Assembly: GCA_000182565.2 (NCBI GenBank)
Contig: KQ257451.1
Length of the DNA stretch: 64,000 bases
Strand: one strand, 5' to 3'
From: Spizellomyces punctatus DAOM BR117
Taxonomy: Eukaryota
In this document: piece by piece, positions 14,720-28,547 of the stretch
Layout of the letters: each line of letters begins with the position of its first letter
Position numbering within the stretch: position 1 is the first letter of the stretch
Translations under genes and position numbers: made by a program
The notes under the pieces: generated by a model
What the model saw: only the letters and a program-made list of their open reading frames with translations
Told to the model about the DNA's origin: nothing
Database searches by the model: none

Positions 14720-17039
14720 ATGCTAGTACCTTTCTCTACCACATTATCACTTGCTCGCACTCCCTTACGTATATCTTGCGTTCAACGTAATGTTCGCACT
14801 GCAGTTTTCGGTCGCAAGTTGACAAACTTTGGTGCTCGAAATTGCCGTCCCAAGACGGGAAGTGAACGCAAACAAGATAACAACTGGCGACAGTGGTATT
14901 CACGAGCCGGAAACCGGTCTTCACGATCTGGGAGCCATGGTTTCTCTCGAGGTCATTGGATACCTGCCTTTAGATGGGTGCTTGTAGGAAGTGTACCCAT
15001 TCTTCAAGTGTCGAGTCCTACAACAGCGAACTCTCTTTTGCCACGGTCGCCGACCTTCACCCAACCCCAAGCGAAAGCACATGTTCTATCCAGAAGAGAG
15101 AGCAGGCTGCTAAAGGATGACTTGCTTGATCTCGTCGATGGTGCTATATCCGCAATTGTTACCGTTTTTCGCTTGTCGTGGCGCTTCGTGCAACTAGCCT
15201 TACTTTTTGGACCTGTGATTGTAACGTTTCCAGTGTGGTACTTGTGTGAACGACATACTTTAAAGCTGGGATTGACACCGCGTTTGTGGTGGGTTCGCTT
15301 CTTGGTGTGGAGTTTTGAAGTTAGTGGTCCTACGTTTACGAAGGTGCTGGCCCGTCTCTGTTTTCCGTATGTGCACCGCCATTCTTACTGTTATTTGGTG
15401 CGCAGTTAGGACAATGGGCTAGCTCGCGTGCCGATCTATTCCCTCCGTACGTATGCGCCATTCTCTCGCGCCTGCAATCGCAGGTTACTCCACATTCTTT
15501 AGCACAAACGCGGAAAGCTATCAGGAAGGAATTTGGAATGGACTTAATGGAGCTCTTTGAAGAATTTGATGAGAAGCCGATTGGGGTTGGGGCGATCGCT
15601 CAGGTACGAAAATGGTCCCTCAATGCTCGCCTTGAATGGTTTATATATCCCCAAGTTGTAGGTTTATCGCGCCCAACTCCGGCCGTCTACGGCGACACAA
15701 GCTTGTTCAACACTTCATTGCGCGGTCAAGGTTCTCCACCCGGGTGTTGATTTCATGATCCATGCGGACCTAACCATCATGCAGGCTGTGGCGTCAATCA
15801 TCAACCTATTACCCGATGCCGAATGGCTGTCACTTCCAGAGGAGGTCGCCATGTTTGGAAGTATGATGCGGGAGCAGCTAGACTTGCGGCATGAGGCTAG
15901 AAACCTGGACAGATTTTCAAATAATTTCAAAGACCGCCCTGAAGTTGGATTTCCAAAACCTATCACCTCCCTTGTGCGGAAAACTGTCCTTGTGGAGGAA
16001 TACGTCGATGCAATACCGATGAGCAAGTTTTTGACGTATGGACATACGCCATTCGACCATGATTTGGCGAAGATCGGGCTGGATTCTTTCCTGGTAATTG
16101 AAGTTTGGCATGATTTGGCGTGAGATTGGGGGTTACGATCGATGACTATTAAACCAACTGTTAATTTGCCAGAAAATGCTGGTGCTGGATAATTTCGTAC
16201 ATGCAGATCTTCATCCTGGTATGCCATTTTGATGATCATTTACAACAAGCGCAAGCGAATTCACTCTCTTTGGAACAGGGAACATTTTTGTAACATTTCG
16301 TCATGTGACATCCCGTACATGGCAGAGTTTGTTCAGACGGACGGGAGTGAGCGATGCCCCGGAAGACATGATCTCAGCAGCTGAAATTGCCAGACTGGTT
16401 GCGCTGACGCCTGCAGAATGGCCCGTTGCAATGGAACGATTGGCCCGCGAAAGATACCAGCCGCGTCTTGTTTTCCTTGATGCAGGGCTGGTGTCTGAAC
16501 TATCGCCAGAGAATTTGCGAAACTTCCTTGATCTATTTCGTGCCGTTGCAGAGTTCGATGGTACTCGCGTCGCCAAACTCATGATCGAGCGGTCGCGCAC
16601 TCCGCATACAGTCATTGACCCCGAAGGGTTCGAAAGGACCATGGCTGACTTTCTAAATGAAGTGAAACGGGAGACATTGAAGCTTGGTAACATCAAAGTA
16701 GGAGATATTCTTGCAAAGGTCTTCACCATGGTGCGAACACATCATATCAAAATTGAAGGTGACTTTGCCAACGTTGGGGTCAGCATCATGCTATTAGAGG
16801 GAATGGGGAGAAGACTAGATCCGGATATTGATCTCTTGAAGGAAGCCTTACCTATCCTAAGGCAAGCCGCCCGGGAAGGAAAGGGTGGTGCCTATCAAAA
16901 GAGTGCCCTTCGCGAGTTAGGCAGTGGTAAGACATACTGGAAAGTATGGGTCTACCATACAGTCAAGCCACTGCTCCTGGCAGCGGAAGTGGTCAACATA
17001 CCTATATATGAGAAGGCAAGGATATACTTCCCCGAGTAG
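14720..17039 (+). CDS. ABC1/UbiB atypical kinase (ADCK2/Cqd1-like, probably mitochondrial)
   Basis: GPTFTK|LGQWASSRADLF, PIGVGAIAQVY, AVKVLHP, NFVHADLHPGNI, FLDAGLV. Confidence 0.9.
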
Positions 17040-17116
17040 AGAAAGTTTATTTATGATACATTACATACATTAGCAACAAGAGGTTATTTACAATTGATGG
17101 AAGCGCCAAGTATTCC

Positions 17117-18140
17117 TCAGTCGTCTGCAGCCTCAACTTGTATATATTCGACATCGTGTTCCACTGCAGCCAAGTCATCATCAGAGTATGAAAAGTCGGT
17201 GTCCGCGTTGTCGCCCATCAACGCTTGCTTTACCCTATTCGTTTTCGGGACTACGTAAGCCTGCCTACCAAAAACTCTCGGGGGATCCTCTTCTCCAATA
17301 TTATCGATGACTCGTTCTCTCTCTTTGCCATCCAGAATATGGCCTGCGTCAGGTCCGTCTTCGACAACGTCTGATAATCTTGCAACGCCCTCAGCCAACG
17401 TTATCATATCCACCAATGTATCATGGTCAGCATCTTCCTTCCAACCTCCTGGTATGAGGGTCTTGATTTCATTGACCTTATCGTGATCGCTTTTATGATT
17501 GGTTTTACAAATATCGATTACTTCATCCACAAAGCTCTCTATACCACAGAACTTGTCAGCTGTTGCCTGCGCGTGAGCTTATGTATCTCCTACCTAATGT
17601 CTCATGATCAACATCAGTGAGTACATGTTGCGCGACAGTAAGTAACAGAAGTCGCGCATCCCGTGCCGTGTGTGGGGCATCCACGTCGATAGGAATCTGA
17701 GTGGAATTTACTTTTGAAGGTGTGTAGAAATCTACCGTTTTCCGGGAAAGTTTATAAGGAGAAAACTTTTGGTGAAGGTAGGAATAAATACTATTTGATC
17801 CGGATTCGGGCTTTATCGAGCGCAAACTATCCCGATGTGCGCGGGATCCAAAATCTCTACGAACGATACGAATGAGTCACACTGAAGTCTGTTGAAATCG
17901 CAATGCTTTCTATTGTTACCTTGGATCTGCAACAGATGCAAGACTTTGCGCCAAGTCTTGCCATATGTGGGGCTCCTCCTTCGTGACCTGCCGCGGGGTC
18001 CAGTTGTCCAAGACAGAGTCCTCTCGCCGGATTTCCTCAGCGTAGTTGTAGGGATCCAACTCGAGAGAATTCACCTCATGGTCATGATAGCCAATTTGGC
18101 TTCGGAGATGCGTGTTTTTCCAAGTCTCTGCTTTGTCCAT
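17117..18140 (-). CDS. Hypothetical multi-exon protein with acidic C-terminus; start uncertain (may extend to ~18390)
   Basis: Consecutive minus-strand ORFs (17916-18140, 17556-17825, 17117-17530) separated by intron-sized gaps. No recognised domain. Confidence 0.55.
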
Positions 18141-18861
18141 TATTCCAGTCTTGGCAATGAGCGATGTGTAGGAAGGTTAACAGATGCGTTGAGGCTCATC
18201 ATTCTTGGGGCCCTTACGTACATCGGCTGTGCCACCAGCGCGAGTCATGATGTCCTCTTGGGGGACCGGACGTTGAACGGCATTAAGCAATGCGGTTGGC
18301 AGCGACTGGCCAGGCGAGCGCACTACGACCCAGCGTAGAATACGCTGTTTCCCACTTGCTTGGTCTATTTCAATATGCTTGATCTCCTTGTCCATCAAGC
18401 AGATCGCAACCGCAAAGTGTGCAGTGTCCAGAACCACAACGACATTTAGAAATATCATATGCCCTGGGACATCCATCATCCCAATCAATACGCAAGCTAG
18501 ATGGAATGATGCAGGACGGCGACTAAAAAGGAGCGTTGGAGCATGTTAAAAAGCGATATCCCGAACAACAGAACTTTAAGTTGGAAATCATGTGCAAACC
18601 GGTTGGAACCAGAGATGAGATGTCGACGACGGCAAAACCTTCAGTGCGTTGTTTGGCACGAGGAAAGCTACCAAGGATCGTCGTTTCTCGACGTTTGCCT
18701 GCTTGCAATCAGGCTTTGTGTTAAAAAGGCTTCTTGCAAGCTTTGCTATTGTGTAGTATATACCGACACAGCCGTTAGGTAACTATTCCTGTCCTTTGGG
18801 AGACAGAAATCAACTATTTTACATCTGACAGGGTCTCCACATAGGCGCGTGGATTGACGCT

Positions 18862-21071
18862 ATGTCGAAACAAAAAGTCGTTCTCCCGCCGGCGCTAGCC
18901 AAGTTGGTGGTCCAATATGTGCAGCACAAGAAAACGATCAGTCGTGGTGCGCTCAGTGTCGCACTACTAGCGCTTGCCATTCGTATTCGTTCGGCAGTGA
19001 GCGGCAAGAAGAAGGGTAGTGGTAGCGATGATGCCGTCCGGCGCAGCCGCAGGGGCAAGGGAGGAAAGGAAGGACCCCGTGCTGATGTCGATGCCGTCTT
19101 TTTCCGGCGATTGTCTCGTCTCTTGCGCATTATCATTCCCGGCGTGTCATCAAAGGAATTTTGGCTTCTCAATTTGTTCTCGGGCTTCCTACTGGGAAGG
19201 ACCGTCCTCTCCTTGTACGTAGCCGAGCTCGATGGGCGCATTGTAAGCGCCTTGGTTCGAGGTCACGGCAAACAGTTCCTACTTCATATTGTGTATTGGA
19301 TGGCTGTAGCCGTCCCAGCCACCTACACAAACAGTATGCTCACGTTCTTGCAAAACAAGCTGGCCATTGCTTTCCGGACGAGATTAACAAACTATCTTCA
19401 CGAGAACTATTTGGAAGACATGACCTTTTACAAGGTTGGAAATCTCGATGATCGTATCAAGAACGCTGACCAGCTGATCACTCAGGATGTGAGCAAATTC
19501 TGTTTTGCGGTATCCGAGCTGTATGCCAATTTAAGCAAACCCACCTTGGACACTGTGCTCTATAATCTACAACTGGCCCGCAACGTTGGCGGAGAAGGAG
19601 TTTTTGGCCTCAATGTTATCGTTCATTCTTCTGCGTGGGTGATTCGAGTTCTTACCCCTGCGTTCGGCAAAATGGTGGCAGAGGAACAACGCTTGGAAGG
19701 GGAGTTTCGATACACGCACTCTCGTCTCATCGAGAACGCTGAAGAGATTGCGTTATATTCCGGCGACGCGGTTGAGAAAGGCAACCTGGACAGAAGCTAT
19801 TTTGCCTTGATCCGCCATGTCAATCGCATCTTCAAGACACGGATCTGGCACGGAATGATGGAGGACTTTATCATCAAATACTTTTGGGGTGCTATGGGAA
19901 TGGCGCTGTGCGGAATCCCCGCATTCTTCGAATTGCCCAATGCCTCTGGAGGAAATGACATTGGTAGCCGTACACAAGGATTTGTGACAAATCGCCGTTT
20001 GCTACTCAGTGGCGCTGACGCGTTCGGTCGTATCATGTGAGCTCCTTGTTGGTAATCTTTATTCGCTTCAACATGTCTCAAATTGAAATTTCATTTTTTA
20101 GGTACTCATACAAGGAAGTAACTGAACTCGCTGGTTATACCGCCCGCGTGTCCGAATTGCTTACCGTTTTCGATGACTTAAAAGCCGGCAAATTTCAAAA
20201 GACACTTGTGTCGAACGCCAACACTGACATTCTGAAGCACCGTGGTAAAATCGAGGAAGCGAATATTATCCAGTTCAGTAACGTGCCCGTAGTGTCGCCC
20301 AATGGTGACGTCCTTGTCAAAGACCTTAGCTTCCACGTGAAACCTGGTATGCATCTTCTGATCGTCGGACCGAACGGGTCTGGGAAGTCTTCCTTGTTCC
20401 GCATTCTCGGTGGGTTGTGGCCGGTCTACGGGGGTACCGTCAGCAAGCCGCACTACAAGAAAATCTTCTACATTCCTCAGCGACCGTATTTGTCTCTCGG
20501 AACCCTACGTGACCAGATTATTTACCCCGATACTTACGCAGAGATGCAGGCGAAAGGAGTCACCGATGAGCAGTTACAAGCTATCATGGAAGTTGTGCAA
20601 ATTGGCAATCTCGTCGAACGTGAGGGAGGATGGGATGTTGAGAAAGACTGGAAGGACGTTTTGGCGGGTGGTGACAAGCAACGTATAGCAATGGCCAGAT
20701 TGTTTTACCACCGTCCCCGGTACGCCATTCTCGATGAATGTACGTCCTCTGTCAGTATGGACATTGAACGTATCATGTACACCCACGCCCAAGACCTCGG
20801 CATCTCGTTGATTACTGTCTCACATCGCCCTAGTCTGTGGAAGTATCACAACTGGATTCTGCAATATGATGGTCAGGGTGGTTACGTGTTCACAAAATTG
20901 AATGCTGAACGAAGATTGGCGCTCCAGGAGGAAAAGAACGCGATTGAGCATAAGTTGATTGAGGTACCGAAGGTGGAGAAAAGGTTGAAGGAGTTGCGAG
21001 CAATAGTGGAAGGCAGATCTGCAACGGGAAGCGAAGCAAGTGACTCGAGCGAGATCAGCGACGTGGAATAG
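18862..21071 (+). CDS. Peroxisomal ABC half-transporter (ABCD/Pxa family), one intron at ~20037-20101
   Basis: [37 protein letters not shown] (EAA motif), Walker [24 protein letters not shown]. Confidence 0.95.
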
Positions 21072-21333
21072 GTGCATCCAGCCAATACTGGCCATGGATT
21101 TGACATTTATTGGATTAGTGCTACCGTATCAGAAGAGAGCATTCCCTACTTTTGATAGATATTTGTAACTCATATATGTGAATGATGCTTGAGAGGGTAG
21201 TAAATTTCGTTTATTATGCACCGGCCTCCAAGCTTTACCCTACTGTTATCCTAAGTTCGCCCTCTATCTGAAAGCAAGCTTCACTAGCGCTGACATTCCC
21301 CGGCCTTACGTCTATCATTGAGAACTAATTAGG

Positions 21334-22071
21334 TTATCTCTGCCACTCATCTGCTGTAGGAGCCGTGTTATTCAACTAGCCAAAGAGAGGGCCAGCCAAG
21401 GCCTAGGACATACCATCTCCCCGAAGTCGCCGCCAAAAGGGAAGTGGGAGCCAATACTGTGAAAATGAGAAAATTCAATTAACCACTTCGCCATTGGCTT
21501 ACAGGCAAGATGGAGTGCTTACCGCAAATATCCCCAAGAAGAGCGTGTCTTCTTCAGGCACTAAAATCCAAATATATCTCTCAATGAAGTAGCGGTTCGA
21601 AGGTGATTTAAAGAAAAGTGGGTAACGATATACCGTGAACCGTGCTGAAAAACTTGTAATCGCGTCTTCGATAAACCAATGTCGATATGCTTGACAGGAA
21701 TTTACGTGAAACCCAGGAAGATCCTGAGTCCTTTAGCACCTGAGACGAGCAAGAATGTCAAATCATTAACTATTATCCTACAATAGAAGTACCCCATATA
21801 AAATACTCATAGTACTTTGTCCACATATCGCCGAAAGCTTTCTGTAGCAACCAGTGAGTCGAAGATATTCCATTAGAGCGGTTTCTCATATAGGTCGAGA
21901 ACGGCCATGCAGACAAGACACTGCACCTTCGTCCGGGTTTCTACGGGCGTCGTAAAACCAAAGGAAGTATTAAGTGTTACTCAGTATGCAGCCAACAGTC
22001 CTTTATTCTTACGTTGCTAGCGCTGCAGCGAGAACGACAATCAACAGGACAGTGCCGAGTCCTCTCGGCAT
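21334..22071 (-). CDS. Small N-terminally anchored protein, DUF4359-like; 7 exons including a 14-nt micro-exon
   Basis: Exons 22071-22013, 21940-21927, 21841-21816, 21739-21634, 21560-21523, 21456-21414 and 21353-21334 splice in frame at GT-AG sites. Product: MPRGLGTVLLIVVLAAALATNPDEESFRRYVDKVLKDSGSSWVSRKFLSSISTLVYRRRDYKFFSTVHVPEEDTLFLGIFAYWLPLPFWRRLRGDADEWQR*. Confidence 0.75.
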
Positions 22072-22318
22072 TTTGGACAGGAAATAAAGGACTCTATTAG
22101 AGAGCAGGTGGGTTTCCGAGCTGGCGGCGAGATGGATGGTCAACGCTGATGACGAGCCGATTATCAGCGACCGACGCTGCGCCGCGCCAAGCCACTTGAT
22201 TACTTAGATAGTTAAATGACATCAAGCCTCACACGTGGTCCCATCCTCGCTGGCAACGAAACTCGGCAAGGCGCGGTACGCAAACCCATTCCTTCATCCG
22301 ATAGTGGTTTCTTACATC

Positions 22319-23311
22319 ATGAACTTGGCTGTACGTGCCGCAGTCATCGGCTCACGACGGGGAATCCTGTCACCAGCCGTTGACTTTCCCGCGACTTCCG
22401 TCCTTGGCTCCACTTTGTTGACTCCGAGACTCACTAGGGCTTACGGGTAAAGCTGAGATTCGTTTTGCGCATTTGAGAATTGGAAGTAGAAAAATGGAAT
22501 TTGGTTCCTATTCACACCTACGATGCTTTTGCATAGTGGTAGCGATGAAGCGAAAGCAGCCCCGGAACCCCTAAGAGGAGTAGCTGCCGAGCTCTGGACT
22601 GACCAACAAGTCCCGCAAACACTGAAACCGGACTCGGATCCCAACGCTCTTTTGCAACATCCCCTTTACACTCCGCCGATGAAGCCTCAAACTGGTATTG
22701 GCCCTCTTATAGCCCCTTTGAAGTGGCCAGAGTACGACCAGAAGATGCCATCAAGCGAAGAATCTGGGCTTCCGTCGCCTCCCAACTGGCACGACCGAGG
22801 CTTTGATGACCCAGTATCTGCTCCCATCGGGGATTACCCTCGTATTCGGCCCCAGTTTGCCCAGTTGAGGGATCCTTTCAAGTACTGGGATCAGCAGGGA
22901 CGGCGTGAATATGGTGAGGTCTTGTACGACCACGATAACTTTACCGACATGTGGAGTATCGGTCCGGAAGTCCATTGGTGGGTCCCGTTCAAGCACTGCG
23001 CGAAGCTTTTGGGTATAGTGGCCCTGATGGGCGCCTGCGTGCACTGGTGGGATCCCGAGAAGCATTTGTGGTTTGTACGTATCTCTCCTCGCAGATTATC
23101 GCTGATGCGAAGAATTAAATGCTGACCTGACTCTGTTTATGCAGGCGGAGAAGGACTACCCGTTCAACGGCTTGCGGGTGGAACTTGGTGGAGACCCCAA
23201 CGACGAAAATGATACATTCCATCGGGTATACCCTAGTGGTTTGTTTGTGTTCACTACAATCGTGCTTACACAAATCTGCTGTTACTACAGACAAACGTGT
23301 ACAAGATATAG
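22319..23311 (+). CDS. NDUFB8: Complex I accessory subunit ASHI/NDUFB8
   Basis: Mitochondrial-type leader, GDYPRIRPQFAQLRDPFKYWDQQGRREYGE, one TM segment, YPFNGLRVELGGDP. Confidence 0.85.
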
Positions 23312-23638
23312 ATTAGCGTCCTTAGGGCCACACCATCATGTCCTTTCCAAAATAAAAAATCCCGATTATACCTTGATTAGCTCTAGAATGGCCGTTGCCA
23401 GGACATGGACATTATCTGTATCTATTGGTGGGACTTTGAACGAAAAGAACACCTCATTGAACATTTATTTTCCAACGGGTCTGATGGGACAGGCTATTTT
23501 TCTTTCCGACAGAACCCACATGGCTGCTTCTATGAGCCATATCTAATTTGCCGACTCTATCTGCCTTAATCCTGGTAAAATGTTTTGATAATGATGCATG
23601 GATGTACGTGTTCCAGTGGTCTTGACCCGCTGACGGCA

Positions 23639-26600
23639 TTACGCCTTTACGAGGGACAACAGAAACTTTGAATTTGACACCTAAATTGGTACCATATCAT
23701 TAGGGACATCATTCGGTAAATTAAAGCTGACATCCAAGTGTCGTTCCTGCACATACCTCTTGGTCTTTTTCAAAGATGATATTTGCGTCAGGTTTCCGTT
23801 GGTCGAGATGCTCAATGGGCTGTTTGAGAGCTTTCAGTAAAAACTCCCGTTGCCCATCCAAAACCTTGGCGAGTTCATCGCTCGGGTCTTCGACCATTTT
23901 GTAGTAGTAAAGCACTTCGTCTGTGGGTTGGAGTCCGGCCTGCATTCATACATAACTGGTGAGCACCGAGGAGCGATGGACGAGCACAGAAAGATAGATA
24001 TGTCACGGCTTACTTCTTTTCGTAATCGTTGCACTCGGTTGATGATTTCTCGTGCCAATCCCTCATCGATCAAGGACTGATCTAGACTCGTGTCCATAAT
24101 CACCAGGACTTCATTTGTGCCATGTGCGTGGTAACTCGTATTGGCAGTGTCGTCGAAGTATCGAGTCACCTGAAGATCTCCTTCGCCAAGCACGATACCC
24201 CCGACTTCCAACTGCTGTGTCTTCACATATTGCTTGATAGCCTCTTGAGAGACACTTGGCAGTGCGTTCTTCACCTTCGGTAGTTCCTTCTTCAACTTCC
24301 CTCCCAAAGTCTTCCAATCAGGAATGAGCTTGTACTTGATTCCGTACTTTTCTTCTTCTGCTGTAATGGTAACAGTTCGGATGTTCAACTCCTATTTATC
24401 GGTGCAATCTTGAGCTTCCAAGAATCACATTGAGTCTAATGCACTGGTTATAGATTACCTCAATGATGTATGATTCCAAAACCTTGACATCAGAATGGAA
24501 TTGGGGATCAGGGTTGATAATAATCAGCTCCCGCAAAGGTGTCTACGCGTAGCATGTATCTTAGGACTCTGGAGAACGGCGCAATCGAGGTAGCTTCTAC
24601 ATACCTTCATGGGCAGAGTCTTCTGGTCCCGAATAAAGCGACCCAGTTCGATCACCGTTTGCATTCGCGAAACGGCTCGTTCAATGTCATCGTTGAAGTA
24701 CTCTTTTTTCACCTCAGGGAATGGCAGGAAGTGGATACTTCTGGTGTCTTCCTTCGAAGGCGGCAAGCATGTCTTCAAGTTTTGGTACATGGTCTCGACA
24801 ATGAAAGGAGTGAAAGCCGCCTGTGACGAAAAATTTCACACAAACACACAAGAAGTTAGATGTCTCATTTGCCTGCAAAAACGTCGTTGACGACCCTTAC
24901 CATCATTTTCGCCAAAGTGAAGAGCACCTCGAACAAGACATTTAAAGCCTGGACGGCATCGGCGGGGCCATTGTCACCCTTCAGGCGCTTACGGTTGAAC
25001 CGGACATACCAGTTCGTGAGAGAGTCAATTAAATTGAGCAACCGCGGTGTGACAGTGTACAATCGGTACGCTTCAGGCTTCTCGTTAGATTAAAACATAT
25101 ATCCTTTTGGTCACCTTCGCCTTACCGGCCATCTCAGTTCGTACGAACTCGATCAAGGTCTGTGTTGAAGCCAAAACCCATCGGTCCATCACATTTTGCT
25201 CTCCAGAGAGATCCATATTTGGATTGTAAACGAAGTCAATATTGTGTTCCTTTAGAACATCAGGGTGAAAGTCAGCGACAAATGGTCATTGAACCATCCT
25301 TGCATCCGCATTATACCTTCTTCAACAATGCCAACTGAGCAAAGAAGAACCGGTACGCATTGTACCATGGCAAGAAAACCTTTGCCACAAGTTCTTTCAC
25401 CCCCTCTTCCCTAAATCTTAGATTCTCGGCGCGGACCGCAGGAGAGTTAATCAGGTACAACCTGTTTACAGTATTACAAAGAGATTAGATATTTGCGGAT
25501 GGCAAGGTTTTCCCTCTCATTAGCACATACCTTAGAACATCAGCGCCGTACGAATGCATGACTTCATTTGGATCGGGATAGTTCTTCAGTCTCTTTGACA
25601 TCTTTTTTCCATCGCTGCACAAGGGGTACGGGGTTTAGATGGCATCCACCAGCTTGTTCATGTTCACGAAACGAGAAACATACGACGCAAGAACAAGACC
25701 GTTAACAATCACGTTCTTGAACGGGGGTTTGTCAAAAAGATGCGTTGAAAGGACCATGAGGGTATAGAACCATCCACGGGTCTGGTCAACGCCTTCGGCA
25801 ATGAAATCCGCCGGGAATGTTGACTCAAATTTCTGCTTATTCTCGAAGGGATAATGCTGCTGTGCGTAAGGCATACTAGGACGAACAGTCAGGAATATTC
25901 AAGTAAAACAATCAGAACGGACGGTACCTTCCACTCTCGAACCAACAGTCAAACACTTCTGGTACTCGTTTCAGTGCTCCTTTTCCTTGCTTTGACGGAA
26001 TGGTAATATGGTCGATTCTGCAACAGACATGCGTCAACGATCATTAAGAGAGGAAGCGAATTGGTGATTCACAACTCACTTGTCACGATGAATATCGGTC
26101 AATTCTTCGCATCCTGAAAGAGCGCGCAGTTCCTCCACGGAGCCCACAACGACGATCTACATGGGATGGGTGAGGTTGTGTTGTGCGCCTGAATGTACAA
26201 TCGGATGTCGTTCACCTCTTCGTAGTCGTCGCTTGCCCACAATGGAATGGGCGTACCCCAGTATCTATTCCGAGACACATTCCAGTCTCTGGCATTCTCG
26301 AGCCAGTTATGGAATCGCTTTTCTTTGATAAAATCTGGTACCCTATTTGAAGCCTTTCATTCAAATTGCCTGCAACTACCTGAATAAAAATCAATACGAA
26401 CTTACCAGTACGTCTGATCATTGTTCTTGATGAGCTTGTCATTTATGGTCGAAACCCTCACAAACCACCCCGGAACCGCTTTGTAGATGAGGGGTGTATC
26501 AGACCTACATTACATAGGTGGACGTATTATGACAGGGCTTTGACATGAAAGTGTTCGACGAGCACATTGTTCTATACCTCCAACAGAATGGATAGCTGTG

Positions 26601-28241
26601 GGAAATCTGGGATTGTCTAATTAATCTGCCCCTTCCCTTTAGATCCTTCTGAATCTGCTTATCTGCATCCTAAGAGGGTGCAATGACATCGTCAGCGACA
26701 GGAAGGTCAGGAACAAGAATAAAGACATGACATGTTAACCTTGATGAAAACCCCAGCATAATCTGTGATTTCGGCAGTGAATTTTCCAGTGGCGTCGACA
26801 GGATTGGGGAGATCACCCTCTCCTGTTACAATGCCATGTTCTGTGCAGACTCGGTAATCGTCCTCACCAAATGCCGGTGCACAGTGGACAATCCCGGTAC
26901 CACTGTCATCCGTCACATAGGTATCTGTCATAACTTTGAATGCTTTGCCCTTACGCTAGCGGTGATTGTTCGTGAGAATGAGGTATCGGCGTGGTTTCAA
27001 AACTGACACGTACATCGGCGAAGTAGTCGAACAGTGGTTGGTACTCCACTCCCTTCAAGGAGCTGCCCTTAAGCTTCTCCAATACTGTAAACTTCGCCTT
27101 TTTGATGTCTTTGTAAAGAATATCAAGGCGCTTCTCCAAAAGGATCCAGACTGCCCCAGTCTCATGATCTACCAAGGCTAGTTCAGAACGCAAAGCATCA
27201 CAAGGCTATTCACCTCTTTTATCATTCCTAACCTTTGATCTTGATATAGTCAAATTCCGGATTCACACACAGAGCCAAATTACTTGGCAACGTCCAAGGT
27301 GTCGTTGTCCACGCAAGGAACGCGACTGAAGGATCACTGAGCAGTGGAAATGAAACGACAACTTTACAGTCATCTTATCAGCACCCAGTTCTCCATAGAT
27401 CCCTGACGCACATTCACTTGTCCCTTACCAGCCGGGTCAATGACATCTTTGTAGTTCAAGTTGGCCTCAAAGTTGGAAAGGGGCGTGGTCACACCGGTTG
27501 AATAGGGCATAATCTATACGAACATGTTAGACCCTTGTATTTGCGAGCGAAATAGCAATGTATTTAATCGCTCCACCTTGAATCCGCGGTAGACTTGGTC
27601 TTTGTCATATAGTTGCTTAAACACCCACCACACGGACTCCATGAACGACAAATTCAACGTCTTGTAGTCATTTTTGAAATCGATCCACCGTCCCATGCGC
27701 GTCACAGTGCTTTCCCACTCAGATGCGTACTTCATCACAATGGCCCTACACTCCGCGTTGTACTTGTCAATACCCATCGCCATTACGTCTGCTGGTCCAG
27801 TGATGTTCAGCTTCTTGTCAATCTCGTGCTCCACAGGAAGACCGTGTGTGTCCCATCCGAATCGACGTTCGACGTAATGTCCGGTTAGGGCAGCATACCG
27901 TGTAACAACATCCTATTTTGCTCACACATTATCACCGCGTTTCAGAGAGGTCAAGGAGCAAGCAGTGGGATCTAACCTTGATAGTTCCAGCCAGTAAATG
28001 TCCATAATGCGGTAAGCCAGTCGCAAACGGAGGACCGTCGTAAAACGAAAATCGAGGTCGACCTTCGGCCAGTTTCAGGGAAGTTTGAAAAGCATCGATA
28101 TCCTTCCAAAATTGCAAGACTCGCTCCTCTTCTTCAGGAAAGGAGGGCTTTGCCGGAACTGTTAAGAATAAGAGAATTATTATCGTCTTTCTGATAGCCA
28201 ACTAGTATAGAACTGTAATGCTCACTCTCAGGAATGCCCAT
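23639..28241 (-). CDS. ILS1: Cytosolic isoleucyl-tRNA synthetase (many introns)
   Basis: [16 protein letters not shown] (HIGH motif), [38 protein letters not shown]. Begins MGIPE|IPAKPSF and ends LLSLVKA*. Confidence 0.96.
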
Positions 28242-28547
28242 TTTGGATACCTGCGCTTTGGCAGTCAACAGAGAGTGAGGTAATAAAGAAAACTTTGGTC
28301 GAAACGGCGTCAATAAGCGTAAGTTTGGGAAAACGGTGTGAGTTCGCTTGTATAGTTTGACCACTTTCGACATGCAGCGTTGCTCGAGGAGCGTTTGGCC
28401 TTGTGTCGACAGTCTGGTGGAAGGCAGTGAGGTGTCCTAGTCATCTAATCACTAGGCAACGGCCGTGATGGTGGCTGTGAAGTTCATCTATCTTGGCCAT
28501 CACCGTGTTGCCCATTGTTGGGAGACGACGATGACGAGAAACGCCCA

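Noticed and set aside
23454..23641. 61-aa ORF whose ATG overlaps the IleRS stop (TAATG)
   Set aside because: No recognisable protein features; probably a 3' UTR coincidence.
25088..25110. ATATCCTTT resembling a U12 5' splice site
   Set aside because: It is on the strand opposite IleRS; the intron there is an ordinary GT-AG intron.
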